Part shown: positions 1-12,700 of the stretch, one piece after another
How the letters are laid out: every line of letters starts with the position of its first letter
How positions within the stretch are numbered: the stretch's first letter is position 1
Origin: Ruditapes philippinarum
Lineage: Eukaryota
Length of the DNA stretch: 64,000 nucleotides
NCBI RefSeq assembly: GCF_026571515.1
Contig: NW_026863670.1
Span: 1 to 64,000 of the forward strand
Direction of reading: 5' to 3'
Position numbers and translations under genes: made by a program
Notes under the pieces: generated by a model
The model's database searches: none
What the model was told of the DNA's origin: nothing
Seen by the model: only the letters and a program-made list of their open reading frames with translations

Positions 1-114
1 TTAATTTTTTCTTATCGCGAACCAATTTTTTTAAAACAACACTATTAGCAGTCTCGCGTACTAAAGATCGTTTGGAGCAGCCATGGGCCCAGCTTTCGAT
101 TGCAAAAAAAGAAG

Positions 115-3100
115 AAAGGGGTTTTCCCTTTCTTTTTCTTAAAAGGGGCACTCTATCGGGATTAAACTAAAAAGAAAGAGTGGTTTCCTTTGTTGCAATT
201 TGTCGGAGAATTTATCTATTGATTTATAATTAAAAGTAAATTGATTTTTTTTGGTTTCTTAGCTTTTCAGGGGAGTTTTTTTTTTATTATAATAAAAGGT
301 TAGATTGATTTCCGTGTATTTTTTTACCCATTTGCAATTTTAGGGGAGGTTTACTCAAATTTAAATTTAAAAATTAAAGGTAAGAATTTTTCCCCATTTT
401 TTTTTTGGGGAAGGGTTTATCAATTTGGTTAAGAATGAGAGTAGAGTGTTTTCCTTTGTTTTCTTCAGGGGAGAGTTACTTTTATCTGGATTAATATTTA
501 AGGTAAGGGTGATTTCCTTTGTATTTCAGGTGGGGGGGGGGTTACTCTATCTGGCTTATTACTTGAAAGGAAGTGATTTCCCTCTGCTTTCTTCAGGGAG
601 GTTACTCTATGCTGGCTTATTATTGAAAGGGAAGAGTGATTTCCCTTAGTTCCTCCAGGGAGGTTACTCTTTCTAGATTAAAAATTTAAGGTTAGAGTGA
701 TTTTTCCTTTCAGGGGAGGTTAACTCTTTCTGGCTAGTAATGAAAGGTTATGGATTTCTTTTGTTTCTTTGGGGAGGTTACTCTTTCTGATTGATAATAA
801 TTTAAGGTAAGAGTGATTTTCCCATTGTTTTTTCTTCAGGGAGGTTACTCTTTACTGCTTATTTATGAAAAAGTTTTTCCAGTGAAAAGATGTCTTACTG
901 GTGAAAGCTTTTCAAAAAATTAAAACTTTAATTCACATCCCAAAACTTCAGTATAACGTGATTTTGTTGGTCTGGCTGCAAACACACTTTTATGAATTAA
1001 TTATTAGAGGATGATTTCCAATCGAAATCCTTCAATGAATTCCAAGAGCATGAGAGAGAGCAGATGAGCTGTAGTTAAGACTTTTCATAACCAAGACTTT
1101 TTGTTAAACTGATTTGTTAAAATTAACTACTTCCTCCAAAGTTGGCGAAACTGGAGAAAACCTCCTTTCTTGTACAGTAGCGAAAACTACCTGGTAATAT
1201 GTGTATTATACTGTTTTTTAAGAACATGAATATTTTGGTAGAGTCCTCTGAAAATCCACGTTTGCTGAAACTATCCTCACACTTTTGCAAACTATCAATC
1301 GTGAGAGTGATTTCCCTTTGTTTTCTTAGGGGAAGGGGGGGGGTATCTATTTGGCTTATCTATAAAAGGTAAGAGTGACTTCTTTGTTATCTTCAGGGGA
1401 GGTTACATTATCTAGATTTATTATAAGGTAAGAGTGATTTCCCTTTCTTTCTTTTAAGGGTGTTGTAAACTCTATCTGCTTAATAATAAAAGGTTGGAAT
1501 CATTATGGTTTCCCTTTGTTTTCTCAGGTGTTACTCTATCTGAATTTAAGGTAAGTGTGGATTTCCCTTTACTTTTTTCCTCAAGGGAGGTTACTCTAGA
1601 CATGACATAGTATAGAAGGTAAGAGTGATTTCCCCTTTTTTTTTCAAGGGAGGTTACTCTTTCTTGATAAAATAAAAGGTAAGAGTGGTTTCCCTTTGTT
1701 TTTTCAAAGGAGGTTACTACTGATCTAACTTAGTTATATGAAAGGTGAGAGTAATTTCTCTTGTATTATTCGAGGGAGTTTACTCTATCTGGCTTATTTA
1801 TGAAAGGTAAGAGTGATTCCTTTGCTTTCAGGGATGTTCTCCTAACTGGATTAATAATTTTAAGGTTAGAGGTGATTCCCTTTGTTACTTGGGGAGGTAC
1901 TCAATCAGGATTAATAATTAAGGTTAGAGTTGTTACCGTTCTTTTTTTCTTCAGGGGAAGTTAGTCCTACTGCGTCTTAATCATGAAAGTAAGAGTGATT
2001 TCCCTTTGTTTTCTTAAGGGGATAACTGTATCTGGATGAATAATTCAAGGTAAGAGTGATTTTTTTATTTTTTTCCTTCAAGGGAGGGTAACTCTATAAT
2101 GACTTAATAATGAAAGGTAAGAGTGATTTCCTTTGTTTTCTGCAGGGGAGGTAGCTCTTATTGGATTAAATTTAAGGTTAGAGTTGTTTTCCTTTTATTT
2201 TTTCAGGAGAGGTTACTCTATCTGGCTTATTTAATGAATGATGAGAGTAATTTTCCCTTTGTATTATTCAGGGCAGGTTTTACTCTATCTTCTTATTTAT
2301 GAAAGGTAAAAGTAATTTTCTTTTGTTTCATTCAGGGTCGGTTAATCTATCTGACTAAAAAAAAATGAGAGGTAAGAGTGATTTCCCTTTGTTTTCTTAA
2401 GGAAGGTTACTCTATCTTGCTTATTTATGATAAGTAAGAGTGAACTTCCAATTTTTTTCAGGGGAGGTTACTGTATCTGAATTTATGAATTTAAGGTTAA
2501 AGTGATTTTCCCTTTTTTCTTCAAGGTAGGTTACTCAGTTGAACTTAATTTTGAAAGGTAGAGTTTAATTCCCCTTTGTTTTTCAGGGGAGGGAGCTTAT
2601 TTGAATAAATAATTCAAGGTAAGAGTGAGTTTCCCTTTATTTTTTTCTTCAGGGGAGTAACTGCTATATCTTAATAATGAAAGGTTAAGTGTTTTCCTTT
2701 CGTTTTCTTGAGGGGAGGTTACTCTATCTGGGACATTAATGAAAATAGAGTGATTTCCCTTTGCTGTCTCATGGGAGATTACTCTTTCTGATTTATAATT
2801 TAAGGTTAGAGTGATTTCCTTTTATTTTCAGGGGAGATGATCCATCTGGCTTGATAATGAAATGTAATTAGTGAATTCTCTTTCTTTCTTTTAAGGGTGT
2901 GTAAACCTCTATCTGCTTAATAAAAAGGTTGGAATCATTATGGTTTCCCTTTGTTTTCCTCATGGGGTTACTCTATTGAATTTAACGGTAAGTGTTATTT
3001 CCCTTACTTTTTCTTCAAGGATGTTTCTCTACATGACATAAGTTAATTAGAAGGTAAGAGTGATTTCCCTTTGTGTTATTCAAGGGGGTTACTCTTTCTT

Positions 3101-4430
3101 GTAAATAATTAAAGGTAAGAGTGGTTTCCTTTGTTTTTTTAAAGGAGGTTTACTCGATCTAACTTAGTTATGAAAGGTGAGAGTAATTTCTCTTTGTATT
3201 ATTCGGGGAGTTTTACTCTATCTGGGCTTATTTATAAAGGTAAGAGTGATTTCCCTTTGTTTTTCAGGGGATGTAAACTCTAACTGGATTAATAATTTAA
3301 GGTAAGAGTGATTCCCTTTGTTTACTTCAGTGGAGGTTACTGCAATCAGGATTAATAATTTAGGTTAGAGTTGTTTCCCTTTGTTTTCTTCAGGGGAAGT
3401 TACTCTATCTGACTTAATCATTAAAGGTAAGAGTGATTTCCCTTTGTTTTCTTCAGGGGGAGGTAACTCTATCTGGATGAATAATTCAAGGTAAGAGTGA
3501 TTCCCTTTATTTTTTTCCTTCAAGGGAGGTAACTCTATATGACTTAATAATGAAAGGTAAAGAGTGATTTCCCTTTGTTTTTCTGCAGGGAGGTAGCTCC
3601 ATCTGGATAATATTTAAGGTTAGAGTGGTTTCCTTTTATTTTTTTCAGGAGAGGTTACTCTATCTGGCTTATTTAATGAATGATGAGAGTAATTTCCCTT
3701 TGTATTATCAGGGCAGGTTACTCTATCTTGCTTATTTATGAAAGGTAAAAGTAATTTCCTTGTTTCATTCAGGGTCGGTTAATCTATCTGACTTAGAAAA
3801 TGAGAGGTAAAAGTGATTTCTTTGTTTTCTTAAGGGAAGGTTACTCTATTTGCTTATTTATGATAAGTAAGAGTGACTTCCTTTTTTTTTTCAGGGGAGG
3901 TTACTGTATCTGAATTTATGAATTAAGGTTAAAGTGATTTCCCTTTTTCTTCAAGGTAGGTTACTCAGGTCTGACTTAATTATGAAAGGTAAGAGTTAAT
4001 TCCCTTTGTTTTCTTCAGGGGAGTAGCTCTATTTGAATAAATAATTCAAGGGTAAGAGTGAGTTCCCTTATTTTTCTTCAGGGGGTAACCTATATCTTAA
4101 TAATGAAAGGTAAGTGTTTTCCTTCGTTTTCTTCAGGGGAGGTTACTCTATCTGGGACATTAATGAAAATAGAGTGATTTCCCTTTGCTGTCCTCATGGG
4201 AGATTACTCTTTTCTGGATTTATAATTTAAGGTTAGAGTGATTTCCCTTTTATTTCAGGGGAGATGACTCCATCTGACTTGATAATGAAATGTAAGAGTG
4301 AATTCCCTTTGCTTACTCACTCCTTTTGCAGATAATACGCTATCAGATAGACTTAATAATGAAGTATAAGATTGTTTACCGGTCCCTAACACAATTTCTA
4401 GTTTTCAGGGGAGATTACTCTGTTTGACAA
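115..4430. repeat. Satellite DNA, ~61-bp monomer with ~1.43-kb higher-order repeat; interrupted by ~430 bp of unrelated sequence at ~871-1301
   Basis: Monomer consensus is approximately AAGGTAAGAGTGATTTCCCTTTGTTTTCTTCAGGGGAGGTTACTCTATCTGGCTTATTAATGA. Diagnostic variants recur at ~1.43-kb spacing: GGTTGGAATCATTATGG at 1492 and 2927, GGGACATTAATGAAAATAG at 2730 and 4154. Confidence 0.95.
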
Positions 4431-4821
4431 ATATTAGATTAGTATCTTATTAATAAAGGTTGGGGAAAGATAACTTGACACGTTCAGAAAAAATCTTTTT
4501 AATTCCAGTTTCTTTTTCAAAATAATTTGCATTCAAAAATACTTGTCATTGTTTTGTTTACAAAATCAATTTTATCATTCAACTGCATAATTTAAGACAA
4601 AACTGTTTTGCATGAAACAATATTTAATACGAAGTTAGGTGCTACCTATGGCACAGAAAGCTCATTTTAGCATAACATGTTCAGTGTACATGTAAACCAG
4701 ATCTTTCTTGCTCTTCATTAGTAAATGCAAGTATTTTCTATTTTGTACCGTAAACAAAACGAATTAATTGACGGTGTTCAACCTATCATCGGAGCAATGG
4801 GAATATTCCAACGTAAACTAT

Positions 4822-5257
4822 GTTAAGATATTTCAAGTATTGTTCCAGACACAACCTTAGTTAAGAAATTACTATTTTAGTTCCAAACTCAAACTCAGTT
4901 AAACTATTTCAAGTATTGTTCCTCACTCAAAATAAGTTAAGATAGTTCAGATGTTGTCTCAGACTAAAACTCAGTAAAGATGTTTAAAGAGTTGTTCCAG
5001 ACTCAAACTAACTAACTAAGATAAGATAATTTAAGTGTTGTTCCCGACTAAAACTAAGTTAAGATATTTCAAGAGTAATTCAAGACTCAAACGCAGTTAA
5101 AAATTTTCAAGTATTGTTCCTCACTCAAGCTAAGCTAAGATATTTCAAGTACTGTTTCAGACTCACACTAGGTTAAGATAGTTCAAGTGTTTTTCAAGAA
5201 TGAAGTTCAGTAAAGATGTTTTAAATATTCTCCAAGACTCAAACTGAGTTAAGATAT
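4822..5257. repeat. 38-bp tandem repeat, ~11-12 copies
   Basis: Unit is approximately GTTAAGATATTTCAAGTATTGTTCCAGACTCAAACTCA, starting at 4822, 4860, 4898, 4936 and onward. Confidence 0.9.
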
Positions 5258-5626
5258 TGTGGTGCACCGCTAATTAAGATTTTTTTTACCGTAATTGCCT
5301 TTTGTTTACATTTTATTCACTTACTATAAGAATCAAACTGTAATATTTGAGTATCCAAATACGTTTAACTGTACATAACGTATATTTCATTTTATCAAGT
5401 ATTTTACCTTTAAATGACTCCAGAGATATTGTATTCATGTTTCATCAATGTTTGTTTATCACTCTAGTGATAAAATTTCCGCCATCTTACAAGTATGTTA
5501 GCTTTCGTGACGTCATTACTGTATTTGATTTATGACGTCATCATTTTTGTTGTTTTACAATATGATGTCCGTTAGGATTTGTAGGATTTTATAATTTTAT
5601 TCACCAATAAGTTTTTCCGCACCACA
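5258..5626 (-). mobile_element. Probable LTR of a truncated LTR retrotransposon
   Basis: TG...CA ends with an 8-bp inverted terminus (TGTGGTGC / GCACCACA). A purine-rich PPT-like tract (TATAAGGTAGCGGGGTACG on the minus strand) lies directly upstream. The element cuts the 38-bp repeat mid-unit. No second LTR and no gag/pol seen. Confidence 0.4.
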
Positions 5627-6767
5627 CGTACCCCGCTACCTTATAATGTTACCTAAACAAAGTTTGCATTACTATAAATGTTTTACGATCATTTATTACG
5701 CATGTTTAATATTATTTTTAATGTTGTTTATTGAAATTATTTTAGTGTGGGAGGTGTGGGATTCGATAAAACTCCTTTTGAGTATTTTCCCACAAGTTCC
5801 TACTGTGTTTGATACTGTGGGAAAACTTTCAGATTTTGTCCATGGTTTTTTATTTGACAACGTCCTGTTTCCGCTTTTCATAAGTTTCTTTATGGCGGGA
5901 CACTTGTGCATCTTGATTAACTCGTGTCTTGGCATTTGCCAGCACGTTGTCTCTTTTTCAAAATATAAAAATTCACTTCCGACTGTCCGGAGTGTAATCA
6001 GCCATATAGCTTTAGTAAAATTCACTTCTGATTGTCCGGAGAGTAATCAGTCATATGGGCCTTTAGTCATATTGTAATCATTATACTATATATGTATTTC
6101 CGATTATCCGGAATACATATCCAGCTAATGGACAAAATTCTGCCAAAACCATGATAAATAGTTTTTAATCTAAAAACTTTGGTTGTTATATATCTTTCCT
6201 ATCTTAATAAATATATATTCAGTGTTTTAAAGTTTTATTTTCGCATCCATGAATTCAATTAAGTCAATAAAGTGAGTGTTGGTTATGCATTTCCCGGGCA
6301 TATTTCATGCAATAGTTAAATGTCTTAAGAGTTGGTTGCTCTGTTTGTGTTTTGAAAAATGCCACAAGACCTTTTATTTCTTCCATGCTTTCAACGCTTC
6401 ACATATCCATATAAAATGACTGTATACCTGTTTAAACATTTCAAAGGGATAAAATATTGACAACAAAGAATGGAACAATTTTTTGCACTATTGTTTGACA
6501 TTTTGAATGTCAAGTGAGCATCTGAATTGAATAGAAGGTGCTTCCAATTAAAAAGAAAGGTGAACAAGTTGAAAATGAAAGATTGCAAATTTTCTATGGA
6601 AATTGCCAAAACAGTTTAAATACTATACATAATCTTCACTGAAAGTAAATAGTAATAGAGAACCTTCTTAAAGTTTGTCATAATTTGTTACCAACAAAAC
6701 AGTTCTTTAATGTTTTGCCTTTTCAAAGATCAAATAATATTTTCTAGAACAAGTTCACAAATATACG

Positions 6768-9700
6768 CTATCGTGCAGAAGTAATGTCCAGGTCTTCAAG
6801 GAATGTCATTTTTCTTTTCTTTTTGCACCTTTTACGTGGTCCCGTGGTCAAAGGTCGTATATTATTAATTTCTTCACCAGCTCTTTTCTGTACTTCTTCA
6901 ACAACTGCTTTCACCTGCATAATGATAAAAAATAATTATTTAGCAATTTCACATGTTAATTACTGAAAGTTGTTTCGTGTTAGTGAGAAATTTTTTCCCA
7001 TTTTATTTGCAGTCATGTTGAAATATACACTAAAGTCTTATTTATGCACATTTCGTACAAATCAAATGTTACAATAATATGTGACTAAATATATAAGTAT
7101 TTTTACAAACCTACTACTAAAGATACTATTATCAACTAGAAAATTACTTCGTGTCAGTTTTTCATTGACCTTTTGCCACCTGACTTCTTACTCAAAATGA
7201 ATCTTTCACTAGTCATAACAAAACATCAAACACAATTTTAGGGCTGTATGCTTTCCCTAGATATTGGTGAGAATGGTTGTAGACACCATTTTTGCGGTGA
7301 CCTTAAAGAAAGAAGTCATAGACTTGTAAATTGTAAGTCAGGCAACGCTTTTGTACTTATCACGCTTTTGATTAAGAAAGGTAGAGAACGGACATTTGGA
7401 CCTTTTAAGTGGGGACGTAAAAAGAAGGCAACCGTCGACTGCAATCACGTTAAAACCTTATGACACGGATATGTATGGTTGCCTGTTCGGCCATAATCGG
7501 GCACCTTACTGTTCTAAAAGTTTAATATTGCAGAAACAAAACTATCTTGTAGATCAGATGTATTGCATTTCATTTTAGTTCGCAAAACCTTAAGTTCCAA
7601 AAAATTGGATTAAAGTTAATTATTGTATAAGTAGCATTATACATTCTTTACAAATGAATTTAAACCGACGTACCCATACAAAGAATGTAGCACATCCTGC
7701 ACTGACTTCACGAATCTGGTCTATACTGTATTCAGGAAGAAAGTCTCCAGCTCCAATGGCAACTTCCAAGGGGCATGTCTCAATCTTAAATTCTATTATC
7801 AACCTCTTCAATGACTCATGTCCAGTTTTCCCCAATACCATCTGTACATTTTTCCATTCCTTAAATCCAAAACAAAATAATTGCAAGCAAATAATAGAAA
7901 CAATTTTAGTTTTTTAAAAAAAAATGTACATATAGCTGAATATATTCAGCCCTTTTTACGACACTAAAGTGTCCCGAGGTATGTATAAACAATTATCAAA
8001 TAAGGACTTAAATTGTATATTCATGATTACAAATGAACGCGTAAATTTGTGTGTAAATGAGTGGTTTAAATATAATTAAGAATAATTCCACGCACAGACT
8101 CCTTCTTAATTCAGTATTCAGCACAGATATTTTCATTTCAATTACATTTTATCATTATTTTGTTGTAGAATAAAATTGTCATGAAAATATAAATCTGATA
8201 AGGTCTGTTTGCAATTGAGTCATCTATAGTTAATTATTTGATTTCTTTCTTCTTTCCTGAATAATCACGCTTTGGACTTTTTCTAAGGCTCGCACGTGCG
8301 CAACAAAAAAGCAATAGCGACCATCACCATGAAGCTATGTTCATTAAAAATGTCAGGGCGGGATTCAACATTAAGTATTGCGTTCTACCCATGCGCATCA
8401 AAAACGTCAGGGCGGAAATCAAGATGAAGCCTTACGTTCTACTTTTAATTTTCATAAAAAATAATCATATTATGTCTTGTTTAGAACTGGAATGTTAAAA
8501 TACATCATTTTCTATATACTTGCAAGATTTAAAGAAAGGGGTTCGGGAACGAACTTCGGCTCTGCTTTCCTGTCCAACATTCGCAAATGTCCACTGCATG
8601 ATATCCCGCCTTACACGCATTCAACTTTAAATATCACCTATCAAATATTTCATTGATTTCATTGTCGTTTATACATACGTATCTCCGCTTGAAGTATCTC
8701 CGCTTGCACGTATTTGTTTTTTATTTCTTTCTATGTTTTACCTTGGTTTCGTTTGCCCAATGACCAAGGAGAAGCAATGTTGACATCATAACCGCATGGA
8801 CTATTATAGGTGGACTATTGTATCCTCTTATTTCAGCAATTGTAGATCGATCTAAGTCTAGTACCGCGTGTAGTAACCACTGGAGCTTCTTAAATCTATA
8901 AACAGAAGTTTATTTGAGGAAGCCGATTGGCTTTTCAACTTAAAGTTAGCAGTGCAACTTCAAATGAAATGAAAATAATGTAAAATGTAATACCAGTAAT
9001 AATAAATTACTAGTAATGTACATTGTCACTTTAATATGTTCATCGTGTCTTAAATTGAAAGAGATTGACTTGCATAAGCAAATAAAAATCACTTAGATGG
9101 CATTTATTAACGTCCAAATTCAATGCTTTAAATAAAATGAAGAAAAAGAGCATGCATTCGTCGCATTTAAGAAAACGGTTATAATCATACCTTTGGAGTA
9201 GATTCCTTGCTATAGTAACCTCTTTTTCAAGTTTGTTCTCCAAACCAACGATCTTGACCTTCTTCAGTGTTGCTTCGATCAGTTTTATGTCTCTATCACG
9301 AATTCTTTCTAGTAACTCTGTTATTTTAAAAAGAACTTTTAATGTAGTATTTACCATGATTAAAGCTAGCAAAAATTGTTATATGAAAAGAAATCATAAC
9401 GCTAAGTTAAGAAGCTGGAATAACAGAGGTACTACGATTTACATGTTTTAGATTTGGAGACACTTAAAATTGTTGTGATAACATAAGCGATAATCTTTTC
9501 ATATTTTCATCAAAGCATTGATACACTTTCATTCAAATTATAGGTTTCGTCACTCTCAATCTACTGCTGGTATAAATGTTTTCTTTGCAATAAAAGGAAA
9601 AGCTGAAATCGCACAACATATAAAATATTATAATACATGAAATAGACGAGCCCTGACTGTCCGTTCAAGACTCGCTTATTACATTTACTGCACGAGTGTA

Positions 9701-12700
9701 TATTGTAAGATAATCCTTTGATGGTTTAAACGTGTTGTATATGGGTCAAACAAATGTTACCTCTGCTAAACATTCGTATTCCTATTGTTTCCATTGCTAT
9801 TGAAGAATGTTTTTTTTTTCTTTTTTAAAAAAAGACTATCATTACCATTAACTGATAGCAATAGATGCAAGAATTGAAAATTGAAGTTATGTTTTTTGAC
9901 AATGTTTTGGAAAGCAAAGTTATGTAGGCGTGAGGCTAAGGTTGCAGGTTTTGATTCATTGTTAATAACCACTGTTACATCCGTTTTCTTCATTTTGCTA
10001 AAGCTATCTAACTGACTTATGGAAAATCAATGTTATTAATCAAGATGAAGTGACAAATAAAACAATATACGTATGGCGGTTAAGGTCATCATCTACTATA
10101 GCACCTGATCCTCATCCAGCAAACTTAACTGTGTCCTTGTGACATTAAGATGTCCCTTTCTCTCTATTTTAAAACCCAGAAGAAACAGGCATCATCAGAG
10201 GGGATAAAGGCCTCGGGATGTAAGAAATTAGATAAAGACTAGATCTAGTACCTTCGAAGCAGTATGATACCAAAGTTAACTAAGCACCATGTGTTTATTA
10301 TGTGAATGCATGTGTCGGCGATGTCCTATATGTAGTCAGTGTGCACAGTACCTTGAATGACAGCACATCCTTCGCGTAAGTTGTATAAACGAGGTAACCA
10401 TGTATTTCTAAAGATTATCAAATATGAGTTTAGATAGAAAACGTTTATGTACTGGGAATAGTAGAAGGTATTTATCGAATTGTATTTCATGACGGTGACA
10501 AGTAATTCTTCATCTTTAGACTGTCAAGGCATTTGATGTGCACAACGCAGTTAGTTTAAACATATTTATTGTATTATATTATGTAATCGGACTACAACAT
10601 GCACATGTATTAACAACCATACTCTCATAATACACGCAATGGATTTGACGGAAGCACTGGGTTATACCAAGATTAAAGCGTTAAATTATAAATTTTGGAT
10701 AAATAAAAACGCTACAACATTACTTGCAAGCAATTAAAAATAAGTACAATAATGATTACCTTTCTTTAACTCAAGCAATTGCAGCGATTCCTCTCCGTAT
10801 ATGATGTCCGGTTGAATTGACGGCTCTTCTAGTGCCTTCATATCCTTTATAACCGAACTTAATTCTTTCGGACTATTTTCTTCTATCGATTGGCACATGC
10901 GTCTACGTAGCACATCATTCAATTTCTCTGGAAAGTGAAATTGTAGGTGTTAAAAACTTTGTTTTTTTTTTAATGTAACTAACAAAATATTAACCAAGAA
11001 ATTCAATGTCATATGACGGTATTATTCAGAAAAATAAATAACACAGTTGTATATCAAAAAGTTACTTGCGCTTTAAAATCGATTATAATTTATATACTGA
11101 AGAAGTGTTTCAAGTCTGAACTGCTTTACTTTGAAAAGTTCTTTTTAAAAAAAAATATTATCTAAAAAAGAAAAGAAATGTAAAGGGGCATTACTTTTCA
11201 AAAATAAATTTTAATTTAAGATTATCTTCCCTTATTGATAGTGAGCATCTATATCAAGTTTGAAAATGAATACTTTGATAGTTTCTGATAAAAAGGAATC
11301 TAATAAAAGAATACCAAGATACCGATCATTTAAAATTTCAAAGTCATGTTGTAGAAGAACTTTGTGAGAGGGACACAAACGCAAGAACAAAATAAGACAT
11401 TCGTGAGTATCTAGTAAGCTTGAAACAAGAAATAATTACAATTGTTAGTACGCCAATGTTAAAGCTCAAGTAAGGTAAGTTTATTTTTACCTGACTCTTC
11501 AATCGGCTCTTCAGTATCCGCTTTGTTCATACTTTCATCAGTTGTCTCATCTGAATAATTATGTTTTTGAATTTTGACAATGAAGTCATGTGAGGGATAC
11601 TCAGGTAAATTAATAACAAAAATATTAAAATTATTTTATTAACTCTAATCACGCTATAATTAAAATAACACTTTTTAAAGTCCCAGCACGAATTTATGAT
11701 TTATTTCTTTATAGTTTGGTTCGAAGCGTGAATGTATCTTTATATATTTTGAACGAAATTTAGACGCCGACAGAATCACCGAGAGGTGTGACTTTAACAA
11801 ACCCTGGAAGTAACAATAATAGATTATGTAGATATTGTATGATTGAAAACTGTAAGTCATTTATTTGAAATGTACTCAAACGTTTCCAGAGTTCACTGCG
11901 ACAACTATTGTGAAATCATAACGCTCTTACCTGACTCACGTGGGTCAAGTAAGGAAACCACCATTTCATTCTTTATAAGGAGAAAAGTTTTGTTTCTGTG
12001 ACAGTCTAGTGTTTTAATTTTGAGGACATGTACAGAATATCGAATGAAAAAAAATCAAACTAAGAAATGAATATTTTTGTGTCTTCCTTTAAATAAATCT
12101 TTTTCGTTTTTTCCTGTTATTTATAATTTGATTAAAGATCCTCTTAATATAAGTAGGAAACATCATCAATACACACGATCCATTCAATAATTCATTTTAT
12201 TCTTGATGTATATGATCTTATGCGATCTAAAAAAGAACTTAATAAAACTGTTTTGATAATAACCGAATAAACACTTCTAAAGATACCTATTATTTCAAAT
12301 GTTTGCGCTTCTTGCTTGAACGTAAGGTCCGATTTTACATTATTCTCTGTTCTTTCTTGAAATCCTTTTGGGAACCTCCCATTTTCATCTTTTTGATTAG
12401 ATATAAGTAAAAAGTCACAAAATTCTTGAAGATTACCATCAGGGCTATCTTTAACAGTCAGTTTAATAACAAATTCTCCTTTTTCCGGTGTCATGACGTT
12501 AAATATGATGTCACCGTTTTCAACTAGATGAACGCAATAATCTGGACGTTCTTCCATTGTTTCCCCGCCAGTAAATACCATTGCTGCGAAGAACAGTTCA
12601 CCCATTCTCGTAGTGTCGGAAATCCGAAATTTAATTTCCGCTTTTCCATAATCATCCATGTCTACCTCACCGGATAAATGACTGAGGGGAACCAATCCCA

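Noticed and set aside
115-4430. Hammerhead-like CTGAAGA...GAAA on the minus strand of each satellite monomer
   Set aside because: There is no stem II pairing, no stem I and no U16.1-H17 triplet in the right position, so it cannot fold as a hammerhead.
115-5257. CRISPR array
   Set aside because: Continuous divergent tandem monomers with no unique spacers, no cas genes, and a eukaryotic context.
5646-6077. 143-aa and 109-aa overlapping ORFs as genes
   Set aside because: No recognisable motifs or splice context. Probably chance ORFs in a retroelement relic.
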